From assembly GCA_000320545.1 (NCBI GenBank), contig ADNK01000014.1, positions 1 through 64,000 on the forward strand: DNA of 64,000 nt, given 5' to 3'. Positions 26,706 through 40,188 of the stretch are shown here, in pieces (position 1 is the first letter of the stretch; every line of letters begins with the position of its first letter). Source of the DNA: Bigelowiella natans CCMP2755 (Eukaryota > Protista > Cercozoa). Below the pieces are notes generated by a model. The model made no database searches, was not told where the DNA came from, and saw nothing but the letters and a program-made list of their open reading frames with translations. Made by a program: the position numbers and the translations under genes.

Positions 26706-28042
26706 CGCGTGTGTGCTGTTCTTAAACGTATTATGTATGTGCGGCACTCAGGTTGAGCGAATCCAAGGAACTTATGCATCTCAAGCGCCTACCCCAGCTC
26801 CTCATCTTAGATTTATCCCAAAACGACGTACGCACGCACGCGCTGCTGCACACATGTTCGGCACCCCATCTTATGAATACAACGCCACTCACCCAATCGT
26901 ACAATGACGTGCTACCTCACTCTCTAATAGTACCTACCACCTTCCTTCAGGTTGTTAAAGCAGATAATTATCGGAATTTTGTCATCTTCCACTTGAAGAT
27001 CATCAAGGTGTCGTCAAGAGATGTTTGTCTACTACACTCTTCTTTTCCTACCGCTACTACTTTCACCACCATCACTACCACCACCACTACCTCGCAACCA
27101 TTATTCTTAACCTGCTGCTCTACTCTCCTCGATCGACTGCTTAGGTGCTTGATGGCATATCAATTCATACTAGCGAGCAGATAAAAGCGAGAGATATGTT
27201 CTCAGGGAAGGTACTTCTACACCACACTGTTTTTCTCTCTTCTACTATCTGCCTCTCTCTCTCGCTGACCCTCTTTTTGTGTCCTCATCGGCCAACATTA
27301 TCATCATGACCCACCAGCTTACGGAAGAGCAGCTCTTGGAGAGAACAGGCAAGAACACTAAATAAGCGACACACGATAACATCCTGACTGCAGCACTACC
27401 AATTACATCGCCCATCGAATGATAACCACGATGTATATAGTCCATCATAGTAACATCGTCACCTCATTGCTTCTTCATCTTTACCATCACTGTCATCATC
27501 ATCATCCTCATCATCATCATGATCCAATAATCATGATCTAATCATCATCATCTAATCATCGATGTCCATCCAGGAAAGGAGAGCACTCACACAATCCGCA
27601 GCCTAGACCTCACTGACGCAGGAGTAAAGAAGCTCGGTATCATTGATGCGAAGCGCTTCTCCAACCTCAGGTTGCCACTGCTACGCCTAAGCGTACAAGA
27701 AGAGGAGAGCGAGAGACGGGAATATACATATATGTAAGATATATTGATAGAGGATGAGAGAGAGGGAGAGAGATGTGAGTTTGGTAACATGATAGTCTTT
27801 CATCTTTCATATCTTCCCATTCCTCCGTAGAATCTTAAATCTCGACAAAAACCGCATTTCCGAGTTGATCCATTTTCACCCGCTTCCGAGCCTCAGGTGG
27901 GTGGTTTTGGTGCTACTATGCCCTGTGTGGGGATAAAGAAAAAGGGGGAGGGGGGGGGGTGATATTGAGAAGGAAGGTTATGGAAAGAGACGTAGTTGTA
28001 ATCGCAATCTCACTCCTCCACATCCCAGCAGGCAGCTGCTTG

Positions 28043-28112
<70 letters not shown>

Positions 28113-28524
28113 TGCGATGATTGCAACCTCTCCCCCTCCATTCAGCATTCTCCGTCTCAACGACAATCGCATCGTGTCCATTCCCATGTCCAAGAAGAAC
28201 CCAGATATAGGTCAATCCTCGCAGCACGCTCCTCCCTCTCCTCCTTCTATTCTCCTTATCCTTCTCTCCCCCTGCGACGATAGCTTATGCTGTAGGGAAA
28301 CAGAGCAGCGATGATCGATCTTATGCCTGTGACTCGTTCCTTACATATGCGTCTTCGCTCATTTCATGGCCGTCTTTTTTGTTTAAGATACCGCTGCTCA
28401 TACTTGTGTACTACTACTTCTACCACGTCGAAAATAGGCCTGTTAGCAGAGCTTTTCCCAAAGTTGGAGGTGCTAGAGTTGGGACACAACCGTATTAGGT
28501 GAGATCATCGCCATTTCTATGAAG

Positions 28525-28564
<40 letters not shown>

Positions 28565-28701
28565 CCCAACATCCTTCCTCGGTCTCGGTCTTTATATATG
28601 TGTTCTTGATTCCAAAGAGTGAGTTTTCTCCCTTCCCCTTTTCTTCCAAAATATTGAAGAAGACCTCACTGAGCTTACATTACACCCCCCTTGTTGTTTA
28701 C

Positions 28702-28737
<36 letters not shown>

Positions 28738-29129
28738 ACACACTTATCGTCTTCTTCTTCTTCTTCTTCTACCACGTAGTTCTATATCGAATGTGCGGCT
28801 GAGCGGTCTACACAACCTCAAGGTGCTTGCTTACCGATTGATAATCATATATGACTGGAGAAGGCTGAAAACGAAGACAACGACGACGACTTGTATCTGC
28901 GTATTCATTTGATGATCGATATTAAAATTCCTCCTGCATCATTTCAGGTCCTATCGCTGGATTCTAATGATATCGTGGTCGTCGAGGGACTCAATGGTGA
29001 GTTGGCGTCTGATGATGCTTTCTGGCAGCATATTGTTCTGTGCTTTATGTGCAAATAGTATCAATTGTTGCTGGAATCATCGATATAATCGTGTAAATCT
29101 TAATTAGGTATCCATCCCCGCCTCCCTCC

Positions 29130-29172
<43 letters not shown>

Positions 29173-29335
29173 CTCACTTTGTGATTTATTCCGCCCTCCC
29201 CTGTTCTTCAACCGGTGTAGATCTCGTGAAGCTGCAGCAGATAATTCTCTCCGACAACAAAATTAAAAGAATAGGTGATAAATACGCCAATTTAGCTAAT
29301 ATTCCTGCTGCGGCTGATGCTGCTACTCTGATAAG

Positions 29336-29369
<34 letters not shown>

Positions 29370-29440
29370 ATGTCCCTGCAGAACAAAAGATGATGAATCT
29401 TCTTTTTCCTCCTCTTTTGGTTCACTACTACTGCTATCGT

Positions 29441-29472
<32 letters not shown>

Positions 29473-29653
29473 TATCTTTGCCATCATCGTTTGCAATCAT
29501 TGATCATACAAATAGACCGAAAGTCTTTCCGCGGCCTGACCCATCTTCGTGGGATCCAGCTGGATGGTAGTAGAGTAGGAATAGTCGTAGTAGTAGTAGT
29601 AGTAGTAGTAGCCTCCAACGCACAGTGATGATGATAATGATGATGATAATGAC

Positions 29654-29686
<33 letters not shown>

Positions 29687-30014
29687 ATCTAAGCGACGAT
29701 ATGAATTGCATCTGTATGCTGGCGACGGTGGCCAATCACCATATTCATTCATTCATTTATTCACTTACACACTGTAAACAAAGGGAACAGCTTGCGCTCC
29801 CTGCTGAACATCGGCCCTTTGCCAAACCTGCGTACATTATTCGCGTCGTTCAACCGTATCAACGACTTTGGCGAGTTGGACTACCTCAACTCCAACCTGC
29901 TGCCTACATTGGCCAAGGTAGTGTATATCCGCCATCGTCAGCCCTCCGTATACAGCTCATCTCACCACGTTCTCTACCGTATCTTCGCTTCAAATACCTG
30001 TCTGTCTTTTGTGG

Positions 30015-30057
<43 letters not shown>

Positions 30058-30170
30058 ATATGGGTTTCTCCTAATCCCTTCTCCTCCTTGTTATCGCCTC
30101 TTTCTGCAGGTATCTTTCAAGGGAAACCCCCTGGCAAGAAAACCAGGCTATCGAGAGAAAGTAATAGCAG

Positions 30171-30204
<34 letters not shown>

Positions 30205-30516
30205 CAGCAGTAGAAGTAAGTAGAAGTAACAGAACGTCTCCCATCTACCCACTCTCCCCTCCAACATCCTTTTCGTCCTACCTAATATCGTTGTCTTATT
30301 CATGGTATTTATATTGTTGATGGCTATGTTATGGTAGGTGATTGTACGTATAGCGAACATGGTCATTCTTGACGGAACCGTCATCACGCCCCAGGACCGC
30401 CAAGAAGCAATGTAAGCTGCTTGCCTCTCCGACTATAGCATGTTCAGCTTAGTGCTGCTTGAAAGATGATGCATCAACATTAATTGAAAACGAGTCATTT
30501 ATATGCAATGGCTTTC

Positions 30517-30553
<37 letters not shown>

Positions 30554-31039
30554 TGCTCTCTCTGGCGAATTTCATAGTTTAATTCGTAGCTGTACTGCGA
30601 TGAGAACACACACACACACAGAGTACTGCTACTCCTCCTACTACTTCTACTACTACTACTACATATATTATACCAACAGATACTCGACGAATTCCACCAA
30701 CATGTTCGGGCAGCAAGCTCTATCACAAGACTTCGTGGAATCCAGCATGGTTTTTCAATCCAGAGCACGCAACACCAGCATTCATCTCCCGTCTCTATAT
30801 CACCGCTCTCTCTCATTTGCCCTTTTTCTACTTCTGCTTCTTCTAAATGCCCCTGTGCGCCTGGATCTTGATTCCTGGTCATCGTTCTCATCAATCAGGT
30901 GACGAATAACGGAGGAGGAGGCCTCCACCATCAAATGCACATGCAGCAGGCGGCCACACCCGGGATTTTGATGAACCACGGGGCGGCCAATAGCGGATAC
31001 TACGTGCGCGGTGGAGACAACAAGAATGGGCGACGGTGA
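21148..31039 (+). CDS. LRRC9: Leucine-rich repeat-containing protein 9 (SDS22-like LRRs plus central PARP/ART-like region), ~30 exons
   Basis: N-terminal LRRs (IEGLERMPFLETVWICHTKIDRISGL...LNLAGNQI) are followed by LYLNDPHYGDNPICNLSNYHTYSLYHM...ATYQKKQM|FYAMHLRR and MELDTGGNFQL...WFKSCVKFM...IQDVIKVENQFVRNRFEE, all LRRC9 hallmarks. Many further LRR exons lie at 25100-30410; stop TGA 31037-31039. Confidence 0.88.
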
Positions 31040-31389
31040 CGTCATCACTCTTGAAGCTCCTCGACAACAGTTGTTGCCCCTAGAATATAGAACTAGCATC
31101 GTGCTTATGCCGATTATAGCCAGAAATTCATCCTCACCCCACTCAAATTTACATGTTACGTAACCGCACACACACGCACACACACGCAAAACACACACAT
31201 ATAATATTATTAATCTCTTATCCCCGTAGCTAATCATCATACATAGTGTACATACGACTCATGCGAATGGTATGTTTTTGGATTATATTCTACTGTAGCC
31301 GTCATCCTGCATATATTTAAATATAAGTACATATATATTAGCTATATTAGGATGACAATTGAACAAATTTAATACATTCATTACATCCG

Positions 31390-31424
<35 letters not shown>

Positions 31425-32405
31425 TATATACATATATGGTTTCGCGGGCGCAATGACCACAATGTATTCGCAAACCTGATGCATGCAATCGCAGAAGCTA
31501 ACAAACACAATGTCAGCGCTGTAGCCGCCGCATTGCATAGCTACATTAGTGACGGAGGATGGCAATTGAGAAAAATTATTCATTTCATTACATCCGCCGT
31601 CTCATGCATGTATCTGCTTTTCTTATACCAACATACAAACTATTAGCACTAGGTCAATTCAACATCGGTAACATACCTCATTCCTCGATCCCATGCTTGT
31701 ACATTTTAGTCGACATTTAAATGTTGTGCGCATGCCACACACGTACATGCGTCATCGTGCAGCTAGGATTACATGTACTTGCGTGAATGCATCCGTGTTG
31801 CCATTGTACAATCGCATTGTGTGTGCTGCCACGAATTGAATTGCGTCAGTTATTCGCACTTGTGAACAATCTTGTGCAATAAAGCATGTGAATTGCACAT
31901 CTTGACCGAGTCCATAGTATGCATATCTAGCTAGCTAGGCGTTGCATCCGCGTAATTTTTTATGTGTGGCTACGTGGCATCGCCAATATCAATAACGCGA
32001 TCATTAGCACCATGCTGTTTGCTCTAGATCGATTGCCCTTAAAGAAGTGTCCACGAGCCAGTGCCTCACAAGGCGTGCAGGCTGTCTAGCTGTGGGCGAC
32101 GTGCGCGTGAGCGGTTATAATAAACAAGCAATCATCTCGACGCTAGTTGAAGAATAACTCTACGGCTACGACTCCCGCGGTATAGCAAGTTTCATAGCAT
32201 TGCAGAGGTACAATGTGTATGGTTAGAATGCTGTCAAATATAATTTTATGTCGGCATGGATTAGCAGTAGTTTCTCTAAATGCGTATTTTATACTTGGTA
32301 CAGCACGTACGTAGCAATATCTTTAAAATATTGGCTTTTGAGTCGCACGAGATCTAGTGTTATTCATGCAATCAAAAGCGGCTGCGTCCCTGCCCCTTCC
32401 TGCGA

Positions 32406-32957
32406 CTACCTTTCTGTAAAGACGGCGAATTCAAATCCTTGATCGGATATGTTCACTTTTCCGTTGCTGTTTTTCGAGGGCACGCCTCTTGCCCACAGCG
32501 TCTTGGAGACCACGATGGAGTTTCTCCGCACACTCGCAAGGTTCCGCAGGTCGGTGAGCTGCCCATCAACCTGCCTCGCATTATCAAGCATACACGCAAA
32601 ACTTGTCATCTTCCTTGCTGGTATTTACACACCTGGCTCCGCACTGTGACATTGGGTAACACGTCTCATTCCACCCTACCACCTCCCCGCAATAACGTTA
32701 TCATGTGCACACCACCTGGGAGAGGGCAATGTACTTCTGCACTAGAAAGGCTGCTGGCTCCTTCTCCACCATCGGCTTCACTTTGACGAATTCGTCTCTG
32801 CTCAGCTTGGGACCTACCCACACCGCATCACCACCTCGTCCATCCACACGTTTAACCACCTGTGTTAGCCATCAACAGCATGAATCATGGTATAGTAGTA
32901 GTAGTAGTCATAGTAGTGCAAGATAACTCACAAATCATAAGGGTGAGAGTCTAGCGG

Positions 32958-32988
<31 letters not shown>

Positions 32989-33090
32989 ACACACGCGCGC
33001 GCGAATACTACAAATGGCCACCTCTATAACAGCTACTAATGCGATATTCAGATCATCTAATAATGGCTTCCTTCCTCGCTCATTGTGCAC

Positions 33091-33127
<37 letters not shown>

Positions 33128-34055
33128 CTGAGAATAGACAACGACTCATGCTGCAGCAGCAGCCGCTTCTCCATCACCAATGCATGCTGGGAATCTGGGT
33201 CATCAAACACCGCCCGGAGTAGTTCCGAGCGTTTCGGCTCTTTGAGTGAGAAGGAGAGGGTAGGAATCGTCTTGAGAATAGGCTCTTCGTTTAAGTAGAA
33301 TCGAGTCAGTGTGTCCATATAGCAGCAGAACTGCTTGTCCCCGAGGAAATCAAACCCTGGGCCGTTTACAATCTTGACCAAGCCGTTAAAGTATGCGTCG
33401 AGGATGCCGGGAAACCTGCGTCACCGTCACCATCGCCATCCATAATCACCATCTCGATAATTAGCAGCAGCAGCAGCGCCGCTATCCAATGAGAACTTAC
33501 TAACGTTCTCCGTCGTCATCGTCATCGCCATCATCATCATCATCATCTTATATGATATACTACTACCACTACTACCACTACTACCACTACTGCTACTACT
33601 GCTGCTACTACTACTACTACTACCACTACCCTTGTCTTAGCATATCCTTCAGATCATCCTTCCTTGTAGACCGTAGATACCTCCTAATCTTCTCCAGCCT
33701 ATGCTTTTTCCGGCTGTTAGTGTAGGCTTCAATGAGCCTTTGAAGTTGCGCAGCGTTCCTTTCTTCGCTCTCCACCTTCCTACCCAATTTCTTCGCCTGT
33801 TTCCCTTGCTTCAGCTTCTCCGCATAGGCCTTTCGCAGACATCGAGCTCTGGTTTCGTGGCTTTCTTGCCAGTACTTGGCCTCCTCCAGGATACCTGTAG
33901 AAGGAGGGGCGCGAGGCGAGGGAGATGAAAAGAGGGGAAAGGAGGAGGAGGAGGAGGATGATATGAAGCAGGAAAAGAGCATGATTGATGGTGGTGTTAC
34001 ACAAGTAGATACGATGATAATGATTGAGGATGATGATGATGACGATGATATGATT

Positions 34056-34089
<34 letters not shown>

Positions 34090-34513
34090 GGTTTTGCTAC
34101 GTACTCTTCATTCGCACGGTACTATTAGCCGGGTCAACATCGTAGATTTCGGCATCTATCACGATTAAGCCAACGCGAGTTCTTTTCCCCTTCTTGGAAG
34201 GGCTCTCGCTCCCATTTCGTTTACTTTGCCTTCTTCGCGGGGATTTTCCTGACTTTTGCGAGAGTCTCCCTGATTTCCTCTGTTTTTTCTTCTTCACCAA
34301 GTAGACACCATTCTTCTCAATCTATAGTAGCAATATGGACGAGGAGGAGGTAGAGGAGGAGGAGGAGGAGGAGGAGGGAGATAATACCATGTTTATGGGT
34401 AAACGAAGCAGAATCTGTTTTATTGAAGAAGAACATAGTGCTTGCAGGTATGAAGTGTCAAAACAACATAACGCAAAGGGGACCAGTCGGCATCTGTCGT
34501 TGCTATCGTCGTC

Positions 34514-34546
<33 letters not shown>

Positions 34547-35732
34547 AGATCACCTTGAGCGATATAGCGTCCTTTGAACGAAACCCTGGGATAGGAATCT
34601 CTACCTTTGTTAAACCGCGAGACTCGAATAAACGTATCACCTGAGAAGAAGTGGATAAGGCAGGAGGAGGAGGGAGGAGTGAGGGAAGGAGCAGGAGGTA
34701 AATGAGGGTGTGTGGGAGAGGACAAGAGAGGACAAATGACGTCGATGCCAGTAGTAGAAGGGTTGGTGATTGGGTACTACTCTCTCTGAGGCAGATTGAC
34801 ATGACACTGCGTATCTCTCTATATCGGATTACTACTACTATTATCATTATTATCACTATTATAACCCTCTTCTCCTCTTTGTCAGGCCACATCCAACGCG
34901 GGTAGCACAAGAGCACCACCGCTTCTCCATGTCTTAACACACCACGCACGGCCATTCATTGAGTCGTCGTCGTCATCAACACGTGGCCAACGATGAGGAA
35001 AAGAGGCGCCAACAAAAGAGAAGCAAAAGAGGGGATGACGAAGGGCATGTAGAAACAGACACACATGATGGTCAGAATAGTTATAACGGTAAGAACAAAA
35101 AACGGGGCGATTCATGACATAACGACTCACTAATCTTATATGAGAATGTGTAAAAATGATCAACCAAGTACATGCAGAGGGTGCCCCGCCTCACCGGACT
35201 GCACCCCTGTAGTCGTCAACGAGCGCGTCATAAAACGCTCCCGGCATCTCTTGAGTATCGCTAAAGAGTGAATACCATCGAATAAGTATCCGATGATCGA
35301 TATCGTTGCCAAGATTAATAATAATATCATGCGAGTGAGGGGGGGGAGGAGGAAGGAGAAGGAGCTTAAATGTGCACATAATGCGTCGGCAAAATGGCTT
35401 GTTTGCCACACTACTGTAAGCAGTCTCCATCACTCACCCTTCCTTCTCGTATTGTGTAGGGAAGAACAGGGATCGATATGTAGAACTGGTGTATTTCTAC
35501 TACTACTACTACTACTACTATTACTACTATTACTATTACTGCTACACCTTGTGATGTGCGGAGAGTATTCAGGGAACGACGACAGGATGCTCTTCCTTGC
35601 AATCTCCAAGTCACCCTATTTTGAGAGGGAGAGAGGGAAAAGAGCCACGGAGAAGAAACCCAAGAACGAAGAGGTCGGTCCATCATCATTGTCATCATTA
35701 TTATCATCATCATCATCGACAGTGTGCGTGCG

Positions 35733-35776
<44 letters not shown>

Positions 35777-37890
35777 GACAGGAGGATAGATGGATGATGG
35801 TGGTAGAGGGCTGTTTGTGTGTCGTCATCACACCATGCCTCCCACGTATCCGAGATTGTCCTCGCACACATAGAACTCTCCGCTCGGTGCACGTATAATA
35901 TCAGGGCCATACCTACGATCACGGCGACGGCATTCAATTTTATCTCAGTGCGGTGAAAGAAAAGCTACTAGCAACAACCATTTCCTTTGGCAATTTTCGA
36001 GTTCCTTGCTGCTGTTCAGAAATCCACTATTTGCCCCTCCTCTCTCTCTCTCTCCCCTCCCCACCCCCCGGTGGTTCTCGAAAAGGGTTGTAATTAGTGA
36101 ATATTAATGTAGTACCAGAATCCCCACGTGTCCTGCATCGCTGTTCTCCCAGAGGATTTAAGTAGCTTCTAAACACGACGACGACGACGACGAATAACAT
36201 CGACTCAGTAGCAATAATAATGGAATTTTCAAAGACGTGCACATTCACACATCCACGCACAGGCACGCAAGTCCTCCATCATCTTCATCATCGTCATCGT
36301 CATCATCGATTATCTAGCTGTGTACATGTGTGGTGAGGGTGGAGGACTGCCTCCTCTATTCGCTGCTCAATCTACTACCTTTTCTTCGTTTCGAGCGATG
36401 ATATTCTTGAGGATTGCCTTTGGGAATATCTGATAATGATGATGAGATGTTGTACAAGAAGAAGAAGGAGAACGATAGTTTTTTAGGGGGGGGTGGGCAC
36501 AGCACAGCTTAATTATGTAGAGAGGATCATGATGATGACGAGGTGGAGGAGGTGGAGAAGGAGGAAAGTAAATATCCATAACAACGTTAGAAGGGACAGA
36601 GATGAGGGAAAGAGGAAGAGAGAAAGAGAGAAATCATGGAGAATATCATCAGTTTTCTTCTCTCCTTTTATGTCGTCGCCAACGTTATGACACCACTACT
36701 TACTACCACCTTTTTATTCCGATATGTTGGCTTCTTTGACTTAGCTGAGTAGTGATCGCGGAGGAATGCCTACCCCGCACCAATCACCATCACCAATGCT
36801 GCCTTCTTCATTGTTGTTGTTGTTCTTCTTCATCATGATCATCATGATCATCATCATCATAAGACTGTGACTATCATTGTCCTCCTAATAGCAGCAATGC
36901 TGACATAGGACTCCTCGCTTCTTCCAAAACAGCAAGCAACGAGCACCTGAATCGTTCTGGCCCTCTGGTGCACTCCTTTGTGCAGTCTCTCTGCCTCCTT
37001 CCTCGTGAGCATGCGCGGGATGTGGTAAAGCCGGTTATCGCTTGCGAAATCCTGCAAGGATGATGATGATGATGATGTTGAATGATGAAGTCTATTTATA
37101 CTACTGCTAAAGCTACTGCTACCTTGAGGCTTTTGTCCTTAAACTCTTCGATTCGCCTCGGAGACTTGCTCTCGATCTCAGACACAATCTTCTCTATCGC
37201 TCCATAGGCCTAGAACAATGCCGACAATAGTTGCGTTGACGAGAACGATGAAAGGAGAGGGAGGAAGACAGGAAAAAAAAGCAGGTGCATGAGAAAGGAG
37301 AGGGAGGAGAGGGAATAGAGAGAGAATGGAGGAAAGTTTAGCGGAGTGACTCAACTGGACGGACTGTCCCTTTGGCATCGTACATTTCGTCGAAAAATGC
37401 GGAGCCATCCTTCCAGCCCTTGATGATGCTCTGCACACTGGATTCCATACGGGTGGTAACATCGAAAGAAGCGATCATTGGGTCTTCTGAAGCGTCGGTT
37501 TCTAAGGCCTGCTCGATCCATTTGCTGTCCTGAATGAAGGGGGAAGGGTAATTTTACTTAAATTGTGTTTGAAGAACTGCCTTCTTGATGAAATCATAGA
37601 TCGACAACTACTTCTTCATCTTCTTCGTTCACGTAGTAGTCGGCAAACACATCCATCGGGCTGTTTGTCTCTTCCTTGGACATGTGCTTTTGATCCTTGT
37701 CGCCGCCGTTGTTCCCCCCATCATCCGAAGGCGAGCTTGGAGAGAACGGTGAATGTCCTGAGGGATACGGACTGCATGTGCGATAAACAAAACAGACTGC
37801 ATCAATGAGGACAAATTCATTCGTTTTAGAGATCTACAATAAAATCTATTGAGATAATTGGACTGCTCGTATCTTCATGGTGTAGAATAC

Positions 37891-37930
<40 letters not shown>

Positions 37931-38474
37931 ACACACACACACTCACACACTCACTCACATGTGTATACTATACATATTTTTGTATACGATACGTATTCTT
38001 CAAAGTCGTACTATTCTCACCCGTCGGATGTCGGTGTAGAGACAGCTGCAGGACGAGGAATCTTCTGATTTGTATTATTGATGGAACCGACGACGTGCTC
38101 GTCAAGCCCCAGCCGCTCAATTCCTTTCAAGATTTTTCGCATTTGAAGTGGGGGAATACGTAGCGCCTTGCCATCATCCTCCCGCAAGAACCTATATTCG
38201 GTTTCAGGCAAAATCATCACTAAGATTCGAGCACAGGCACCCAGCGATGTGATGACATTATTTGTATGCGTTGGTGCCTGACTGGAGATCTTTTGGCTTC
38301 TCCGCTCCGAATTCCTTAAGCGCTGCAGCATAGCGTTCAAGGCCGGCGTCGATGGAGGTCAGCACCTGCGCAATCCCCCCTTCTGACATCGGTCTGAAGG
38401 TTCAAGGCGTGCTTCCCGATGGTGAGTGGTTCGTCGTCAGATACAACAGATACAATAGAGATATCTCGAGACAT
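32406..38474 (-). CDS. SAM domain fused to a circularly permuted type-2 ATP-grasp amidoligase (CP_ATPgrasp_2/DUF404-like), intron-rich
   Basis: The N-terminus MSRDISIVS...VLTSIDAGLERYAAALKEFGAEKPKDLQ|FLREDDGKALRIPPLQMRKILKGIERL is SAM-like. It is followed by YHIPRMLTRKEAERLHKGVHQRARTIQ|AFLRDHY, YGPDIIRAPSGEFYVCEDNLGY, FPGILDAYFNGLVKIVNGPGFDFLGDKQFCCYMDTLTRFYLNEEPILKTIPT, VVKRVDGRGGDAVWVGP...FLVQKYIALSQ and TDLRNL...ARGV...GKVNISDQG. These are collinear with bacterial CP-ATP-grasp motifs. Confidence 0.85.
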
Positions 38475-38678
38475 GTAAGGCGAGGGGAGTTTTCAGCTGC
38501 GACAAGAAGGAGAATCGAAAAATATTGGTACGAGTAGGGCATTTTTAGGAAGTCGAAGGGGTAAAATGGCAAGGATTTGCGTTCTTCTTACCCCACAGGG
38601 ATACCCATCTCATGCGCTCTTTCTGACAGGGAAAACAAAAATTGCCGACAGGCGACGAGCGCACTCTTCACACTTGGA
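38475..38678. promoter_or_regulatory. Probable compact bidirectional promoter region (CP-ATP-grasp / 7TM)
   Basis: About 200 bp separate the two inferred, divergent ATGs (38474 on -, 38679 on +). Confidence 0.5.
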
Positions 38679-40188
38679 ATGGCTTCGGAAAACTTTGGGC
38701 TGGATTGTCTCGTGGCTGGCATCCATGCAGGCCTTGGCGCTGTGGCGGCAGCGAGGATTCCCCATTCCTCTGAAAAGGGCGGAATGTTCCTTCGGTAAGG
38801 AAGTCTTGTCTGTCTGTCACCCTGTCTTGCTCTCCTCGCAATATTTACATTTATCTAGGCTGGTCAGTTTGCACGCTATTGTCCTGATCTTAGCAAACTT
38901 ACTCCTGCCTCGCGGGCCTGTCCAGGGTCCATGGCAATTTATTCTCATAATGAAAATGTTTGTCAACGTAAGGAGAATTAAGTGTCGACCTTATCCGAAA
39001 TCTCACTCGTTGCTGTCTTCAAAATTTGTCCCAGATATTTGGCATACTGCTAACCTTTGGGTTTCTACACAAAGTCACACAAGCTGAATTCACCGCCAGG
39101 AATCTTCGGCCTCTCCCGTGGGAATTTCACTACGTCTTCATCTATTTGACCAGCTTCTGTGTCATAATCGAATTTATTGCGAAGATGGGTGAGTGCTCCT
39201 AACTTTTTGCAAATATTGATACCCTTATTGATTATTGGTCGTGTATATTGCTTTTATGTGTTATTGGTTGGGTTGTGGGTTGATTTTCTCTCTTCCTCTT
39301 TCTATCTCTCTTTCTCTATGTGGCCTGTGTGGATTCGTTCTGTTCCATATTACGAACATGAAAGTCGTTCTTGGCACAAATGAGCAGCAATTTGAGGCTT
39401 TTTCGTTCGGAGCTATAGCAGGTGGGCTGTTGCTAATTTACCCATACATACTCCGTCAACTTTCGTCCTTGCATAAATACGTCCAAGAACAAGCATTGTT
39501 CTTGAAGCGGAGCAATACTGAACGCTCAACACGGTCGGTCAGCAATCGAGCCCGTAAGACAGCCGATGTAAAAACTATGGGATCAACAATGACATTACCA
39601 CATTTTGACTCGAAACGGGTACTATCACCAGTCAAAGATCTTGAGAAAAACTTGCCGTCAACGCCTCCTGCTGAGAAGGAACGATCCATGCACGAGATTC
39701 CTGCTGTCCAATGCCCTCTCAAACATCCGTCCGATGAACATCCTAGTATAAATCTCAACAATGTTGCTGGAATGAATAGCATGGATTCTGTAAGGATGAC
39801 AAGTTTTGCATCTCAGTCACCCAACATTGGAAGCCCTTCTGGCAAATCAAAACCGCGTGCGCAGAGATCAAAGTCGCGGCAGTTTGTTAAGAGGATGAGA
39901 ATCGAGGAGGAAGAATACAGAGATATTGGTAGAAAGATCATGCTTGTTATGATTTGGATAAGTGTTCTGACCAGCATCGGGCTCGTTGTAAACATATCGG
40001 AAACAGTTTTGGCTGCAACAGATCGGAGATCGCATGAGCAGTGGTTACAAGACTCGCACCCGAATACTGGCATGCCCTCACGTCCTGTTGGACTCACGGT
40101 CTTCTATTTGTTGTTCGAAACATTTTTTATTTGGTATGGGGGTGGTCCCTGGCGAAGCTCTCCGCGGCGTTCGGCGAATTATCATTGA
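38679..40188 (+). CDS. Orphan seven-transmembrane (GPCR-like topology) protein with long third intracellular loop
   Basis: Spliced exons give seven hydrophobic segments: CLVAGIHAGLGAVAAA; LVSLHAIVLILANLLL; WQFILIMKMFVN|IFGILLTFGFL; FHYVFIYLTSFCVIIEFIAKM|VVLG; FSFGAIAGGLLLIYPYIL; then a long S/P/K-rich loop; IMLVMIWISVLTSIGLVVNI; VGLTVFYLLFETFFIWYG. Confidence 0.55.

Noticed and set aside
32406-38474. Bacterial contamination as the source of the ATP-grasp gene
   Set aside because: The gene is split by many host-style microsatellite-rich GT-AG introns and is flanked by eukaryotic genes.
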